Source: Octopus bimaculoides (Eukaryota). From it: a stretch of DNA of 64,000 nt. The stretch covers positions 36,655,157-36,719,156 of the forward strand of contig NC_068997.1 in NCBI RefSeq assembly GCF_001194135.2. The letters run 5' to 3'. Every line of letters begins with the position of its first letter. Position 1 is the first letter of the stretch. The translations under genes and the position numbers were made by a program. Below, piece by piece: positions 34,250 through 47,432 of the stretch. The notes under the pieces were generated by a model. The model did not search any database. It was not told the origin of the DNA and saw only the letters and a program-made list of their open reading frames with translations.

Positions 34250-37180
34250 CCAAAAAGAGGAAATTTGTACATGTAAAAGTAAATGAAGTGAATATTAAAT
34301 TACAACTAGATATCAATTATTGATACCAATATGTGGAAAAGAATTGGAAGACCCACATTAAGAAGAGCATCAAGAAGGCCTGACAGGGGAAAAACTACAC
34401 TTTGTAGGCGAAATGTGGAGTGATATCACATTTCAAGAAATGTTTTTATGGTAAAAAAACACAGTCTGTTCAGTATGGACTGGTTGGAGTTGTTTGACTT
34501 ATGGGACCTCCCCATAAGTTTGTTCTCTAAAAAAATATATGGCTGTCCCTCCAGTGAAAATAACTCAGCAGCTGAATTGAAGGAAAATGGAAAAACTTGT
34601 TTCATGAAATGCTGTCAGATAAATTAGATCTCTGTTTTAAGACTGAGGCCTGTTTTCAAATAAAGGAAAATGTTGTACTTGTATTGAAACCTAATAGAAA
34701 GGTACTATTTGCTGCGATAAAACATGTAGAGGAAGAATTAGACAGACTGGAGAAAATGGCAATTATTCAAAAAGTAGATTATTCTAAGTGGGCAGCACCA
34801 ACTGTGTGTATTAATTAAAAATAACAAAGGGTGTGTGCCAATGTTTCTATTGGTTTGAATGACTGTCTAAAAATGTGCCACTATCCATTGCTTACTCCAG
34901 ATGATATTTTTGCAAAATTAAATGGTAGCAAAATATTTTTGAAACTGGATCTGTCTAATGTGTATCTATAAATTAAAGTAGATCAGGAATGCTCAAAGCT
35001 TCAAATAGTGAATACACAGAGAGGACTATACAAATATAATAGATTGCCATTTGGTCTGCAGGTTGCACCTGCAATATTTCAACAGGTTATAGATGCAATG
35101 TTGGCGCACTGTCAATTTGCAATTCCGTGCCTCAATGATGCATTAATTAAAAGTGAATCTTGTGATCAGCATATTGAAAATGTGAAGTGTGTTTTTCAAA
35201 AAATAACAGAAATGTGAATTTTTTTTTTGCCTGAAATTAAATATTTAGGACAAATTATAGATAAAAATGGAAGACGACCTAACCCGTCAAGAGCAGACGT
35301 AATTAAAAATATGCCTCCTCCAACTAATATAACGACATAGCAAGCTTTTCTTGGCCTAGCAAACTATTATCAAAATTACCTACCAAACATGTATGAATTA
35401 AGAGCTCCACTTAATAATTTGCTATGGAAAGATGCCAAATGGAAATGGTGAAATAACTGTCAAAAGGCATTTCAGGATGTTAAAAAATATTAATTTTGGA
35501 TTTGTCACTAGCTCATTTCAATCCTGCTGCAGAGAATGTTGTATAATAGCTTCTGATGCTTCTGAATATGGCGGAGCAGTTTTGCTACATAAATATAAAG
35601 ACGGTAATATGAAGGCGGTGGCTCATGCCTCACGTGCTCTGATTGCAGCAGAGAAAAACTAGTCAGATAGAGAAAGACGCTCTAGTGACTATTTTTGCCA
35701 TGAAGAAATTTCCCAAATTTCTACATGGTAGAAGTGTTTGGCTTCAGACAGACCACCAACCATTACTATCAATTTTGGATCGAAGAAAGGAATTTCTACC
35801 CATTCAGCTAACAGATTACAACAATGGGGTACAATATTGTTAAATTACAACTTTAAGATGGAGTACATTCCTTCTAAGAAAATTGGCCTTGCGGATTTTT
35901 TATCTAGGCTAATTCTGAAGAATACAGAACCACTGAAAGATACGGTGATACCCGCATTACAATCAGAAAAGGAAATTAAAAACATTAATGTGATTCAGGA
36001 GTTGCTAGTGACTGTTCAAGATATAAAAAGTAAATCAGTGGAGGACAAATACATGATAAAAATGAAGGAAACCTTGAAAAATACACAAAAGAGAAACATG
36101 AATGCGAACCGTTTTTCACTCTGCAATAATGTATTAATCTATGCACAAAGGGTGGTAGTACCAACTGCACTACAGAAATGGATATTACATGAATTTCATA
36201 GTGGACACCCAGGGATGTCAAGAATGAAAGTTTTGATGTAGAGTTATGTGTTTTGGCCGACAATGGACCGGGACATTGAAAATTTGGTAAAATCATGAAG
36301 GTGTTACACACTAGCAGTCAAGGCACCACCAGTGAAATATCAATTGTGACTGAGATGGTCCAGTGGTATATATAGACTACACTGGTCCAGGGTATATATA
36401 GACTACCCGTGGTCCAGGGTATATATAGATTACACTGGACCAGTTAAAGGCACATACTACTTGATCATTGTTGATAGCTTTACCAAGTGGCCAAAAGTAT
36501 GTTGGTGTGGTTAACCTACTTTGAAAGCAACAATAAAGTTCCTGCATTAACTTTTTGCTCGATATGGTGTTCTGGACACCATAGTATTGGACAATGGAAC
36601 ACAATTCACTGGATACAAGTTCAAGAAATTCTGCAAAATGCATGCAATCAAGCACGTCAAACAGGCAAGCAAAACAATTCGTAGATACTTTCAAGCAAGT
36701 ACTAAAAAAAGCAAGATAGGAAATGATGAAGCACTAACTAAATTCTTAAGGGTGTACAGAATAACGCCCAATCCGAATACCAAGTTCAGGCAAGTCGCTT
36801 GCAGAGCTAATGTTCGCTCAAAAGATTAAATTGATCTTTGACAAATTGTTGCCGAGAAAATACAAAAGATTCAACTGAACACTTTGATGTTAGAGACAAA
36901 GTCCATTTCAAAGTATACAAGAATGGTAAAGAGAGTTGGCAGGATGGTGTACTGACTAAAAGAATGGGAAACATGATGTATTTAATAAAAGGCCAATGAT
37001 GGGAGCATAAACAACACCTAAATCAATTAAAAACCAGGCATAGAGAAGAAAGTAAGGAAACTTCAATGGAAGTGTTTTGTGGCATGTTCGATGTGCTAGC
37101 ACCAAAAGAGATTGAGCCTAGAAGGAGTAGTAACAGAAAATGTAAACAAAGTGAACATTTAGAAATAATTCCTCTGTAGA
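34250..37180 (+). pseudogene. Gypsy pol remnant (PR-RT-RNaseH-IN)
   Basis: KWAAPTV, RLPFGLQVAPAIFQ, ASDASEYG, LQTDHQPL, LHEFHSGHPGMSRMK, DNGTQF; many stops and frameshifts. Confidence 0.9.
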
Positions 37181-37261
37181 AAAGTTACTAAACTCCCTAG
37201 AGAAGCAAAATTTCAAAAAGGGAGAGGTGTTGGAAAGAAAAAAAAATAATAATTATAATAT

Positions 37262-37657
37262 AGGCGCAGGTGTGGCTATGTGGTAGGAAGCTTGCTTCCC
37301 AACCACATGGTTCCGGGCTCAGTCCTACTGAGTGGCCCCTTGGGCAAGTGTCTTCTACTATAACCTCGGGCCGACCAAAGCATTGTGAGTGGGTTTGGTA
37401 GACAGAAACTGAAAGAAGTCCATCATATATATATATATGTATGTATTTGTGTCTGCGTTCCCCCCCCCCCCAACCATCACTTGACAACTAGTGTTGGTGC
37501 GTTTACATCCCCATAACTTAGTGGTTTGGCAGAAGAGACTGATAGAATAAGTACTAGGCTTACAAAGAATAAGTCCTGGGGTCGATTTGTTCGACTAAAG
37601 GCAGTGCTCCAGCATGGTCGCAGTCAAATGACTGAAACAAGTAAAAGAATAATAAAA
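37262..37657 (+). mobile_element. tRNA-derived SINE family B, full length, inserted in Gypsy
   Basis: Head GGCGCAGGTGTGGCTATGTGG (A box), GGTTCCGGGCTCAGTCC (B-box-like), ccttgggcaagtgtc, tail ctgaaacaagtaaaag. Confidence 0.85.
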
Positions 37658-37700
37658 TAAATTTTGTTTCCTACGGAAGTCAAAATCTCGAAAGAGGAGC

Positions 37701-37935
37701 TGTTGTGGCAAGAGTCACAACACACCTTGCGAGAATAGACTTGACTGAATGACTATAAATAGTAGCAGTCTGAGTGAGAGACAGAGAGAGTTGGTGTTAA
37801 CTGCAAGAAGTCGTAAGGTGTGGTTTTGGTAGTTTGTTGAATTGTTATGTTGTTGTTACACAGCCTCATATGTTTTATTGTTACTACATGGTTATAGTGT
37901 AAAAAAGTATTGTTGTAGCAATTGGCAATACAACA
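37701..37935 (+). repeat. 3' LTR
   Basis: TGTTGTGG...AATACAACA followed by TSD CTCTT. Confidence 0.9.
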
Positions 37936-38454
37936 CTCTTATAGCTGTTTCAAGAACAGATGTTCAGATGATGCATTTCTCTGCCAGCAATCAGCAGCCA
38001 ATCTTATTACAACAATCTATTCCATGATCAGAGGAAGAATACCAATAATACCATAGAATACAGTTGTGTGTGTGTGTATTATTATTATTAGATAATAAAT
38101 CATATGGTATACATCTGATACTTTACTGGTAAAGCTTGTTCACTTTCACAGTATTCGTTGGGTATTTGATTAATGAGAGAGACAGAAGATGGAATATGCA
38201 AAAATGCTTATTGATCCCTACAAATGTTTTGACCCATCTAGCATCAATCCTTCACAGGTGAAATACTGAACAACTGGTTTAGGAATATCCGTCGGTGTAG
38301 GTGTGTCTCCTCAAGTGGTTACAAGCTGTAACACAGGTAGAAGCTCTCTGAACTTTCTTATTCTAGCAGTTACACTCTGTTCTTATTCTAGCAACCACAC
38401 TCTTGGAGCATCCACCTCCACAGCTGACTTGATCACCTAGATAATGAAAGCTAG

Positions 38455-38605
38455 GTACAGGCATTGCTGTGTAGTAAGAAGTTTACATAGTTCAGGATTC
38501 AGTCCCACTGCATAGCACTTTGGGCAAGAGCCTTCAACTACAGCCCAGGGCTAACCAAACCTTTGTAACTGAATTTGGTAGATGATAACTGAAAGAAGCT
38601 CATCG
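38455..38605 (+). mobile_element. SINE family B, 5' half
   Basis: Aligns to 37262-37410. Confidence 0.7.
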
Positions 38606-38769
38606 TATATATATTTATACACATATACATACATATTTACAGGTATCTGTGTGTGCATGCATTTCTGTTTGCCCCTCTCCACTGCTTGAGAATAAGGGAT
38701 CACATATTCACTCTAACACAGCTTATAGAACAAATGAATGAATTACAAGCTGTGTCTGTGCATCACTTT

Positions 38770-39520
38770 CATTGGCTCTAAAAAGGCTTTCAGTAGTGTC
38801 GAGTTAAATGCAGTGTTGAAATCTTTGGAAATGCAAGGAGTTGAGACACAATATACCTAACTGCTAAGGGATGCAAACTCTGGGTGCACCATAGATATAG
38901 TTCTACTATCACCACCAGTAAGAGTTCCAATTGGGAAGGGTGTCAGACAAGGAGATACCATCTCTCCAAAACTCTTCACTGCATGACTACAAATGGTCAT
39001 CAGAGATATTGACTGGACAGGTGGCATGAACATCAATGATGAGCTACTAACACACCTCCATTTCACAGACAACATTGTACTTATCACTGAAACCACAAAT
39101 CAGCTGTAAACCATCCTGACAGAACTGGACATCCATACCTCAGCAGTAGGCCTTAAAATGAACCTTGTGAAAACAAAATACATGCAGTCTGAAAACATAG
39201 CTCAAAGCTATTATGGAAAGCAATGAATCTGAAGAGGTAAAGAAGTATATCTACTTAAGGCACACAGTGAGTATGCACCAAGACATGGATGCTGAAATCT
39301 TGAAGGGAATAAGGGTAAGACAGAAGGCAGTTATCTCAATAAAGGATGTGCTTAAAGTGAAGCTGAACAAGACCAGACATGCAAGATTCTTCAATAGCAG
39401 TGCCCCGCCTGCACTCTTACACACAAGATATGGACTACTATGAAGAAGGAAGAATGTTGATTGGCTACAACACAAAGTGCCATAGAAATATCCATGCTGG
39501 GAATATCATTGTGAGAGCAG
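38770..39520 (+). pseudogene. RTE-type RT remnant (distinct subfamily)
   Basis: PIGKGVRQGDTISPKLFTA, HLHFTDNIVLI. Confidence 0.8.
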
Positions 39521-39639
39521 AGTTGGGATGGCATCTCCTGGAAATGATATTATATGGTTTTGCATGCTATACTATGGGCCAGCTTATGTTATACCTAATT
39601 TTATCTTCCTTAAGTTGCCATACAAAATTGGCCAAAGAT

Positions 39640-40795
39640 GTTGAATGTCTCTTATTGATTTTAAAAGGCAGACTGTATGACACATGTGTACGAACAGCCA
39701 TGCTTCATGGCAGTGAAACATGGGCTGTGACTGCTGACGACATGCGTAGGCTCGCAAGGAATGAAGCCAGTATGCTCCGATGGATGTGTAATGTCAGTGT
39801 GCATACTAGACAGAGTATTAGTACCTTGAGAGAAAAGTTGAACTTACGAAGCATCAGTTGTGGTGTGCAAGAGAGACGACTGCGCTGGTATGGTCATGTA
39901 GCGATGAGGATAGATGTGTGAAAAAGTGCCGCACCCTAGCAGTTGAGGGAACCTGTGGAAGAGGTAGGCCCAGGAAGACCTAGGATGAGGTGGTGAAGCA
40001 CGGCCTTCGAACTTAGGACCTCACCAAGGCGATGACTTGTGACTGAGACCTTTGGAAATATGCTGTGTGTGAGAAGACCCGGCAAGCCAAGTGAGACCTA
40101 AATCTAAGGCCTCAGCCAGTCCACTTATGCGTACCTTCCTTCATTGGACACCAAACTCCACTTGGGAAGACCTGTTGAGGAAAGTGAAATCGAAATCGAG
40201 TTAAATTGGACACTAAACTCCACTTGCGAAGACCTGTTGAGGCAAGTGAAATCGAAATCGAGTTAAATTCGACGACTAGCACCCATGCCAACATCGTCTC
40301 CTTCATTGGGACACGAAACTCAGCTTGCGAAGACTTATTGGGGCAAGCAAAATCAAAATCGTGATGGCACCTGTGCCCAGCGTCGCTTTTCTGGCACTTG
40401 TGCCCGCAGCATGAGTAAGGACTTTCGAGCGAGTTCGTTGCCAATGCCCCGAGACTGGCTCTTGTGCGGGTGACACATAAAATACACCATTTTGAGCGTG
40501 GCCGTTGCCAGTACCGCCTGACAGGCCTTCGTGCGGGTGACACGTAAAAGCACCCACTACACTCTCTGAGTGGTTGGCGTTAGGAAGGGCATCCAGCCGN
40601 NNNNNNNNNGTAAAAGCACCCACTACACTCTCTGAGTGGTTGGCGTTAGGAAGGGCATCCAGCCGTAGAAACTCTGCCAAATCAGATTGGAGCCTGGTGT
40701 AGCCATCTGGTTTCACCAGTCCTCAGTCAAATCGTCCAAGCCATGCTAGCATAGAAAACGGACGTTAAACGACAATGATGATGATGATGATGATA
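39640..40795 (+). mobile_element. RTE LINE 3' end (RT C-terminus, UTR, (GAT)n tail)
   Basis: LYDTCVRTAMLHGSETWAV...RRLRWYGHV, then UTR repeats and tail. Confidence 0.9.
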
Positions 40796-40990
40796 TCGAC
40801 ATGGGTGCAATAACCAGTTGTTAAGTATCCCGCTCATGAGGGATTGATGCTACATGGGTCAAAACAATTGTAGTGACTAATAAAAATTCTCGTATCTTCC
40901 ATCATTCATTTCTCATTAAGCAAATACATAAACGCTGTGAAATTGATCATACTTTACAAGTAAGCTACCAGGTATAAACTATTTGTTTTA

Positions 40991-41023
<33 letters not shown>

Positions 41024-41142
41024 TATTTATATACATACATGCATATATAGATATATATACATATATATATATATATACATAAATACATATATATATATAT
41101 ATATATACATAAATACATATATATATATATACATATATACGC

Positions 41143-41321
41143 CACTCCCTAACAGTTGAGGGAACCCGTGGAAGAGGTAGGCCCAGGAAGACCTGGGCTG
41201 AGGTGGTGAGGCAAGACCTTCGAACATTGGGGCCTCACCGAGGCGATGACTACTGACCGAGACCTTTGGAAATGTGCTGTGCGTGAGAAGACCCGGCAAG
41301 CCAAGTGAGATCGTTGCCAGT
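41143..41321 (+). mobile_element. RTE LINE fragment
   Basis: Aligns to 39935-40095. Confidence 0.8.
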
Positions 41322-42188
41322 NNNNNNNNNNNNNNNNNNNNNNNNNNNNNNNNNNNNNNNNNNNNNNNNNNNNNNNNNNNNNNNNNNNNNNNNNNNNNNN
41401 NNNNNNNNNNNNNNNNNNNNNNNNNNNNNNNNNNNNNNNNNNNNNNNNNNNNNNNNNNNNNNNNNNNNNNNNNNNNNNNNNNNNNNNNNNNNNNNNNNNN
41501 NNNNNNNNNNNNNNNNNNNNNNNNNNNNNNNNNNNNNNNNNNNNNNNNNNNNNNNNNNNNNNNNNNNNNNNNNNNNNNNNNNNNNNNNNNNNNNNNNNNN
41601 NNNNNNNNNNNNNNNNNNNNNNNNNNNNNNNNNNNNNNNNNNNNNNNNNNNNNNNNNNNNNNNNNNNNNNNNNNNNNNNNNNNNNNNNNNNNNNNNNNNN
41701 NNNNNNNNNNNNNNNNNNNNNNNNNNNNNNNNNNNNNNNNNNNNNNNNNNNNNNNNNNNNNNNNNNNNNNNNNNNNNNNNNNNNNNNNNNNNNNNNNNNN
41801 NNNNNNNNNNNNNNNNNNNNNNNNNNNNNNNNNNNNNNNNNNNNNNNNNNNNNNNNNNNNNNNNNNNNNNNNNNNNNNNNNNNNNNNNNNNNNNNNNNNN
41901 NNNNNNNNNNNNNNNNNNNNNNNNNNNNNNNNNNNNNNNNNNNNNNNNNNNNNNNNNNNNNNNNNNNNNNNNNNNNNNNNNNNNNNNNNNNNNNNNNNNN
42001 NNNNNNNNNNNNNNNNNNNNNNNNNNNNNNNNNNNNNNNNNNNNNNNNNNNNNNNNNNNNNNNNNNNNNNNNNNNNNNNNNNNNNNNNNNNNNNNNNNNN
42101 NNNNNNNNNNNNNNNNNNNNNNNNNNNNNNNNNNNNNNNNNNNNNNNNNNNNNNNNNNNNNNNNNNNNNNNNNNNNNNNNNNNNNNNA

Positions 42189-45070
42189 GAGAGAATCGTT
42201 ATGTTGTAGGAAAGGAATGTGTTCGCATGGATGATGGTACACTTGCACTAAACGAGGCTGCAAAGTGAGAGGTTTGGATACGCCACTATGAAAGGTTGCT
42301 CAATAAGGAGAATGAATGGGAGAAAGAGAGTCTGCCGAATGTCGACCCAACAGAGGGACCAGCTATCCAAGTTGACAGTACCATGGTAGATGAAGCAATT
42401 AAGTGTATGAAGACAGGGAAAGCCCCTGGCCCATCAGGAATCACTGCAGAGATGCTCAAAATATCTGGCAGTGTCGGCTATAGCCTAGTCACCCGTATTG
42501 TTAACCAGGTGATACACGAAGGAGTTATACCCAATGACTGGTGTAGCAGCACCATAGTTAACTGCTATACAAAGGTAAAGGTGACGCTTTAGATACAAAT
42601 AATTACAGAAGTATCAAGTTGTTGGATCAGGTAATGAAAGTCACGGAGAGGGTCATAGCCCAAGTAATTAGGGAGAGAGTCAGTTTAGATGAGATGTAGT
42701 TTGGGTTCATGCCAGGGAAAATCACCACTGATGCTATATTTCTGGTAAGACAGCTGCAGGAGAAATACCTAGCCAAAGATAAACCTCTGTACCTGGCTTT
42801 CGTTGACATGGAGAAAGCCTTTGACAGGGTCCCTCGATTCCTTATCTAATGATCAATAAGGAAACTAGGGATAGAAGAATGGTTAGTGAGAGCTGTGCGA
42901 GCCATGTACAGAGACGCTGTCAGTAAGGTATGGGTTGGCAATGAGTACAGCGAAAAATTCCGGGTAGAGGTAGGGGTCCACCAAGGCTCTGTCCTCAGCC
43001 TCTCCTATTTATCATAGTCTTCCAGGCAATAACAGAGGAATTCAAGTCAGGATGCCCCTGGGAGCTCCTCTATGCTGATGACCCTAATTGCTAAGTCACT
43101 ATCAGAACTAGAGGAGTAGTTTCAGGTGTGGAAGCAAGGACTAGAATCGAAGGGCCTTAGAGTCAACCTAGCTAAAACCAAAGTCCTAATAAGTAGGAAG
43201 GTAGACTAAACACAAACCCCTTCAGGTAGATGGCCCTGCTCAATCTGTAGAAAAGGCGTATGTAGAAACTCTATAAGATGTACCCAGTGTAAGCTATGGA
43301 CACATAAGAGGTGTAGCAATATCAAAGGAAGGCTAACTAGGAAGTTAGTTTTTGTATGTGGCAGATGTTCAGGAGCAATAAACACTGAAAATGTGCAGAA
43401 AACAACTTCTGCTACATTCCAGGGAGAAAAACTAGAGGTANNNNNNNNNNNNNNNNNNNNNNNNNNNNNNNNNNNNNNNNNNNNNNNNNNNNNNNNNNNN
43501 NNNNNNNNNNNNNNNNNNNNNNNNNNNNNNNNNNNNNNNNNNNNNNNNNNNNNNNNNNNNNNNNNNNNNNNNNNNNNNNNNNNNNNNNNNNNNNNNNNNN
43601 NNNNNNNNNNNNNNNNNNNNNNNNNNNNNNNNNNNNNNNNNNNNNNNNNNNNNNNNNNNNNNNNNNNNNNNNNNNNNNNNNNNNNNNNNNNNNNNNNNNN
43701 NNNNNNNNNNNNNNNNNNNNNNNNNNNNNNNNNNNNNNNNNNNNNNNNNNNNNNNNNNNNNNNNNNNNNNNNNNNNNNNNNNNNNNNNNNNNNNNNNNNN
43801 NNNNNNNNNNNNNNNNNNNNNNNNNNNNNNNNGGGCAAAGTTCAGAGAGCTCTTACCTCTGCTGGTGACAAAGGGCCTCTCACTCAGAGTAAAAGGCAGA
43901 CTGTATGACGCATGTGTACGAACAGCCATGCTACATGGCAGTGAAACATGGGTCGTGACTGCTGAGGACATGCGTAAGCTTGCAAGAAACGAAGCTAGTA
44001 TGCTCCGATGGATGTGTAATGTCAGTGTGCATACTTGACAGAGTGTAAGTACCTTGAGAGAAAAGTTAGACCTAAGAAGCATCAGTTGTGGTGTGCAAGA
44101 GAGACAATTGCGCTGGTATAGTCACGTGGCGAGAATGGATGAGGATAGCTGTGCAAAAAAGTGCCACACCCTAGCAGTAGAGGGAACCTGTGGAAAAGGT
44201 AGGCCCAAGAAGACCTGGGATGAGGTGGTGAAGCACGACCTGTGAACATTAGGCCTCATCGAGGCAATGACTTGTGACCGAGACGTTTGGAATTATGCTG
44301 TGCGTTAGAAGACCCGGCAAGCCAAGTGAGACCATAATCCAAGGCCTCTGCCAGGGGTGTAGCTAGCCCACTCATGAGTACCTTTCCTTCATTGGACACT
44401 AAACTCCGCTTGAGAAGACCTGTTGATTCAAATGAAATCGAAATTGAACCAAATTTGATGACTGGCAGCCATGCCAACCTCTCCTTCATTGGACACTAAA
44501 CTTGGCTTGCGAAGACCTGTTGGAGCAAGTGAAAATGAAATCGTGATGGCACCTGTACCAGTTGAGCGCTAAGAGCACCAACTGAGCGTGAGCATTGCCA
44601 GAGCAGCTGTCTGGCTTCTGTGCCAGTGGCACGTAAATAGCACCATTTGAGCATGATCGTTACCAGCGTCACCTTACTGGCACTTGTGCCAGTGGTACAT
44701 GAAAAAACATTTGAGCGAGGTCATTGCCGGTGCCGCTGGACTGGTTCCTGTGCAGGCGGCACATAAAATACACCATTTTGAGTGTGGCCATTGCCAGTAC
44801 TGCTGGACTGGCTCCTGTGCAGGTGGCATGTAAAATACACCATTTTGAGCGTGGCCGTTGCCAGTACCGCCTGACTAGCCTTCGTGCCAGTGGCACGTAA
44901 AAGCACCCACTACACTCTCGGAGTGGTTGGCATTAGGAAGGGCATCCAGCTGTAGGAACTCTGCCAAATCAGATTGGAGCCTGGTGTAGCCATCTGGTTC
45001 GCCAGTCCTCAGTCAAATCGTCCAACCCATGCTAGCATGGAAAGTGGACGTTAAACGATGATGATGATGA
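42189..45070 (+). mobile_element. RTE LINE, long decayed copy (RT, UTR sub-repeat array, tail)
   Basis: MKTGKAPGPSGITAEMLK, LAFVDMEKAFDRV, GVHQGSVLS, LLYADD, LRWYSHV, KGRPKKTW; (GAT)n at 45056-45070. Confidence 0.92.
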
Positions 45071-45249
45071 TATATATAGATATATAGATATATGGATATA
45101 GATATATAGATATATGGATATAGATATACATATATATATTATTTAAAAGAGTTCCATCTCTGTCTGGTTTTTATGTTTTATTTATATTCTTATAAAATTA
45201 ATGTGGGATATAGAATATGGAATATAGAATATAAATAGTAAAATGAAAT

Positions 45250-47432
45250 GAAGTATTGAATGTCTTATTGAATATATGAAATATTGAGTATTAAATATGT
45301 AAAGGCTAGTATACTTTCATGCCTCATGGCATTCATCAACTGGCTGTTCTTTTGTCTTTTATACCTATTCCTTTGGACAGCAGCAGTAGGTGTTTGGCTA
45401 TTTTTAGAAATGATGCCAAGTTTATTTTTAGAAATGATGACATTTGAGAGATTTTTTGTGTTTTGGTTATAGGGATAAGATTTTTGAACCCCAGTAGGTG
45501 TTTGGCTATTTTTNNNNNNNNNNNNNNNNNNNNNNNNNNNNNNNNNNNNNNNNNNNNNNNNNNNNNNNNNNNNNNNNNNNNNNNNNNNNNNNNNNNNNNN
45601 NNNNNNNNNNNNNNNNNNNNNNNNNNNNNNNNNNNNNNNNNNNNNNNNNNNNNNNNNNNNNNNNNNNNNNNNNNNNNNNNNNNNNNNNNNNNNNNNNNNN
45701 NNNNNNNNNNNNNNNNNNNNNNNNNNNNNNNNNNNNNNNNNNNNNNNNNNNNNNNNNNNNNNNNNNNNNNNNNNNNNNNNNNNNNNNNNNNNNNNNNNNN
45801 NNNNNNNNNNNNNNNNNNNNNNNNNNGTTTTTGTGTTCATATATGGGCCAGTATGAATTGATCGGCATGTACCGCATCGGCTGTCATTGCATTTGGACAC
45901 AGTGAATGTTTGATTTTTGTTGCTGAGGTCAAACCTTGCCTTTGTTAATAGCTTTTTCAAGTTTTTAGGTTGTCTCTTACTGAGAGTTATATTTTGATCT
46001 GTAATGATATTTCTCAATTCCTTACTTTGTGCAAGGATCGGTAAGTTCGCTTTAGTGATATTGAAGATGTTCTGGTGGCATGGATTTTGTGTCACTATAA
46101 ATGGTATGATTTTTTCTTGTTTTTCTCTTCTTTGCGGTGTCCTCAGTTGTTGTATGGGTATTTTCCAAGCCCGCTGAATACCATTTTCTATAAGTAGTGA
46201 TGGGTACTTTTTCTTGAGCAGAAATTCTTTCAGTTCCATCAGGCACTGATTTCTGGTCTTTAGATCCTCTACAATAGTACAAATTCTTCAGGCTAGGCAG
46301 TATGGGATGTTGCATTTTGTATGGGGTGGATGGCACGATTTAAAATTCAGGTATTGGTGTGTATCTGTGTGTTTATAATATATATATCTGTGGTAATGGC
46401 CGTGTTCTTTTTAACTACCATTATATCTAGAAATGGTAATTTGGTATTGCTCATCTCCTTTGTAAATTGGATGGATGGGTGTAGGTTGTTCAGGAGGGTG
46501 TTGACTTCTTCCAGTGTTTTGAGATTTTGTCCAGATTATAAAGCAATCGTCGAGGTATCTCTTCCATGCTTTTTCAATATACTTCCTAAATTCAGTGTTG
46601 TATCTCTCTTCTATTTCCTGGTAGAGTTTTTGTTCTAAGTAACCCGTCACTGAATTCACATAAACGGGAGCAAACCTCATTCCCATAGCCATGCCTTTAA
46701 TTTGGATATAGTTCTTTCCATTGAAGAAGAAAGTATTATTTTCCAGGATAAGTCTCACTGAGTCTAGTATAAATGTCACCGTGAATCTGTTGGGAATTGC
46801 TTCTCTATGTTTATCTACACAGTATTTGATCGCCTTTATTCCTAAATCATGTGGGATATTGGTGTATAGGCTTACTACATCAAAGTTTAGTAGGATTGAA
46901 TTTGTTTCAGTGGTTTTGGGAAGATGGGATAGAAAGTCAATGTCACCCCGAATGAAGCTGGGTATGTAGGTACATAGTGGCTTCAAAAGAATGTCGATGA
47001 NNNNNNNNNNNNNNNNNNNNNNNNNNNNNNNNNNNNNNNNNNNNNNNNNNNNNNNNNNNNNNNNNNNNNNNNNNNNNNNNNNNNNNNNNNNNNNNNNNNN
47101 NNNNNNNNNNNNNAAATTGCTTAGACGGTGAGTGGGGCATGCTGGGCCAGCTATAATTGTTCTAAGTTTTAAATCTTTTGGATATAGCACTTTTATGTAT
47201 TCACTTCCTTGTTCTTTTACTGCCTGTTGAATATCTTCTGACTTATGTATTTTAGGTAAACCGTAAAAATTACTGGGTTTTGGTTCGAAATTGGTGATGT
47301 AGTCTCTTTCGTTGTCAGTGAGTGAGTTGTAGTATTTAGAAACCAGGTGGTTGATCTTCTTCATGATGTGGTGGTCTATGTTCGAGGGTATTTCACAATA
47401 GAAAGTTGTATCCTTCAGTTGTTCCACAACCA
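45250..47432 (-). mobile_element. Penelope-like element (Neptune-like), 5'-truncated, RT plus linker; EN probably in gap
   Basis: FYGLPKIHK, FDVVSLYTNIPH, GMAMGMRFAP, KRYLDDCFIIW, RQPKNLKKLL, KCNDSRCGTC. Confidence 0.9.
45303..45345 (-). ncRNA. Hammerhead-like motif at PLE 3' end (degenerate)
   Basis: UUGAUGA-AUGCC(AUGA)GGCAU-GAAA-G(UAUA)C-UA; AGUAUACU palindrome; stem I does not pair and C3>U. Confidence 0.4.

Larger units (their letters stand above)
33161..37935 (+). mobile_element. Full-length decayed Ty3/Gypsy LTR retrotransposon
   Basis: TG...CA LTRs 33161-33439 and 37701-37935, TSD CTCTT both sides, PBS TGGTAACGAGGAT 33444-33456, PPT 37690-37699, gag then PR-RT-RH-IN remnants. Confidence 0.92.

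Noticed and set aside
37262-37340. tRNA gene (also heads of the other SINEs)
   Set aside because: A/B boxes belong to SINE heads; no cloverleaf or anticodon arm can be supported
40830-40895. Hammerhead-like ...TCATGAGGGATT...GGGTCAAAACAATTGTAGTG (related copy 38190-38260, minus)
   Set aside because: Core degenerate in both copies and no convincing stem II
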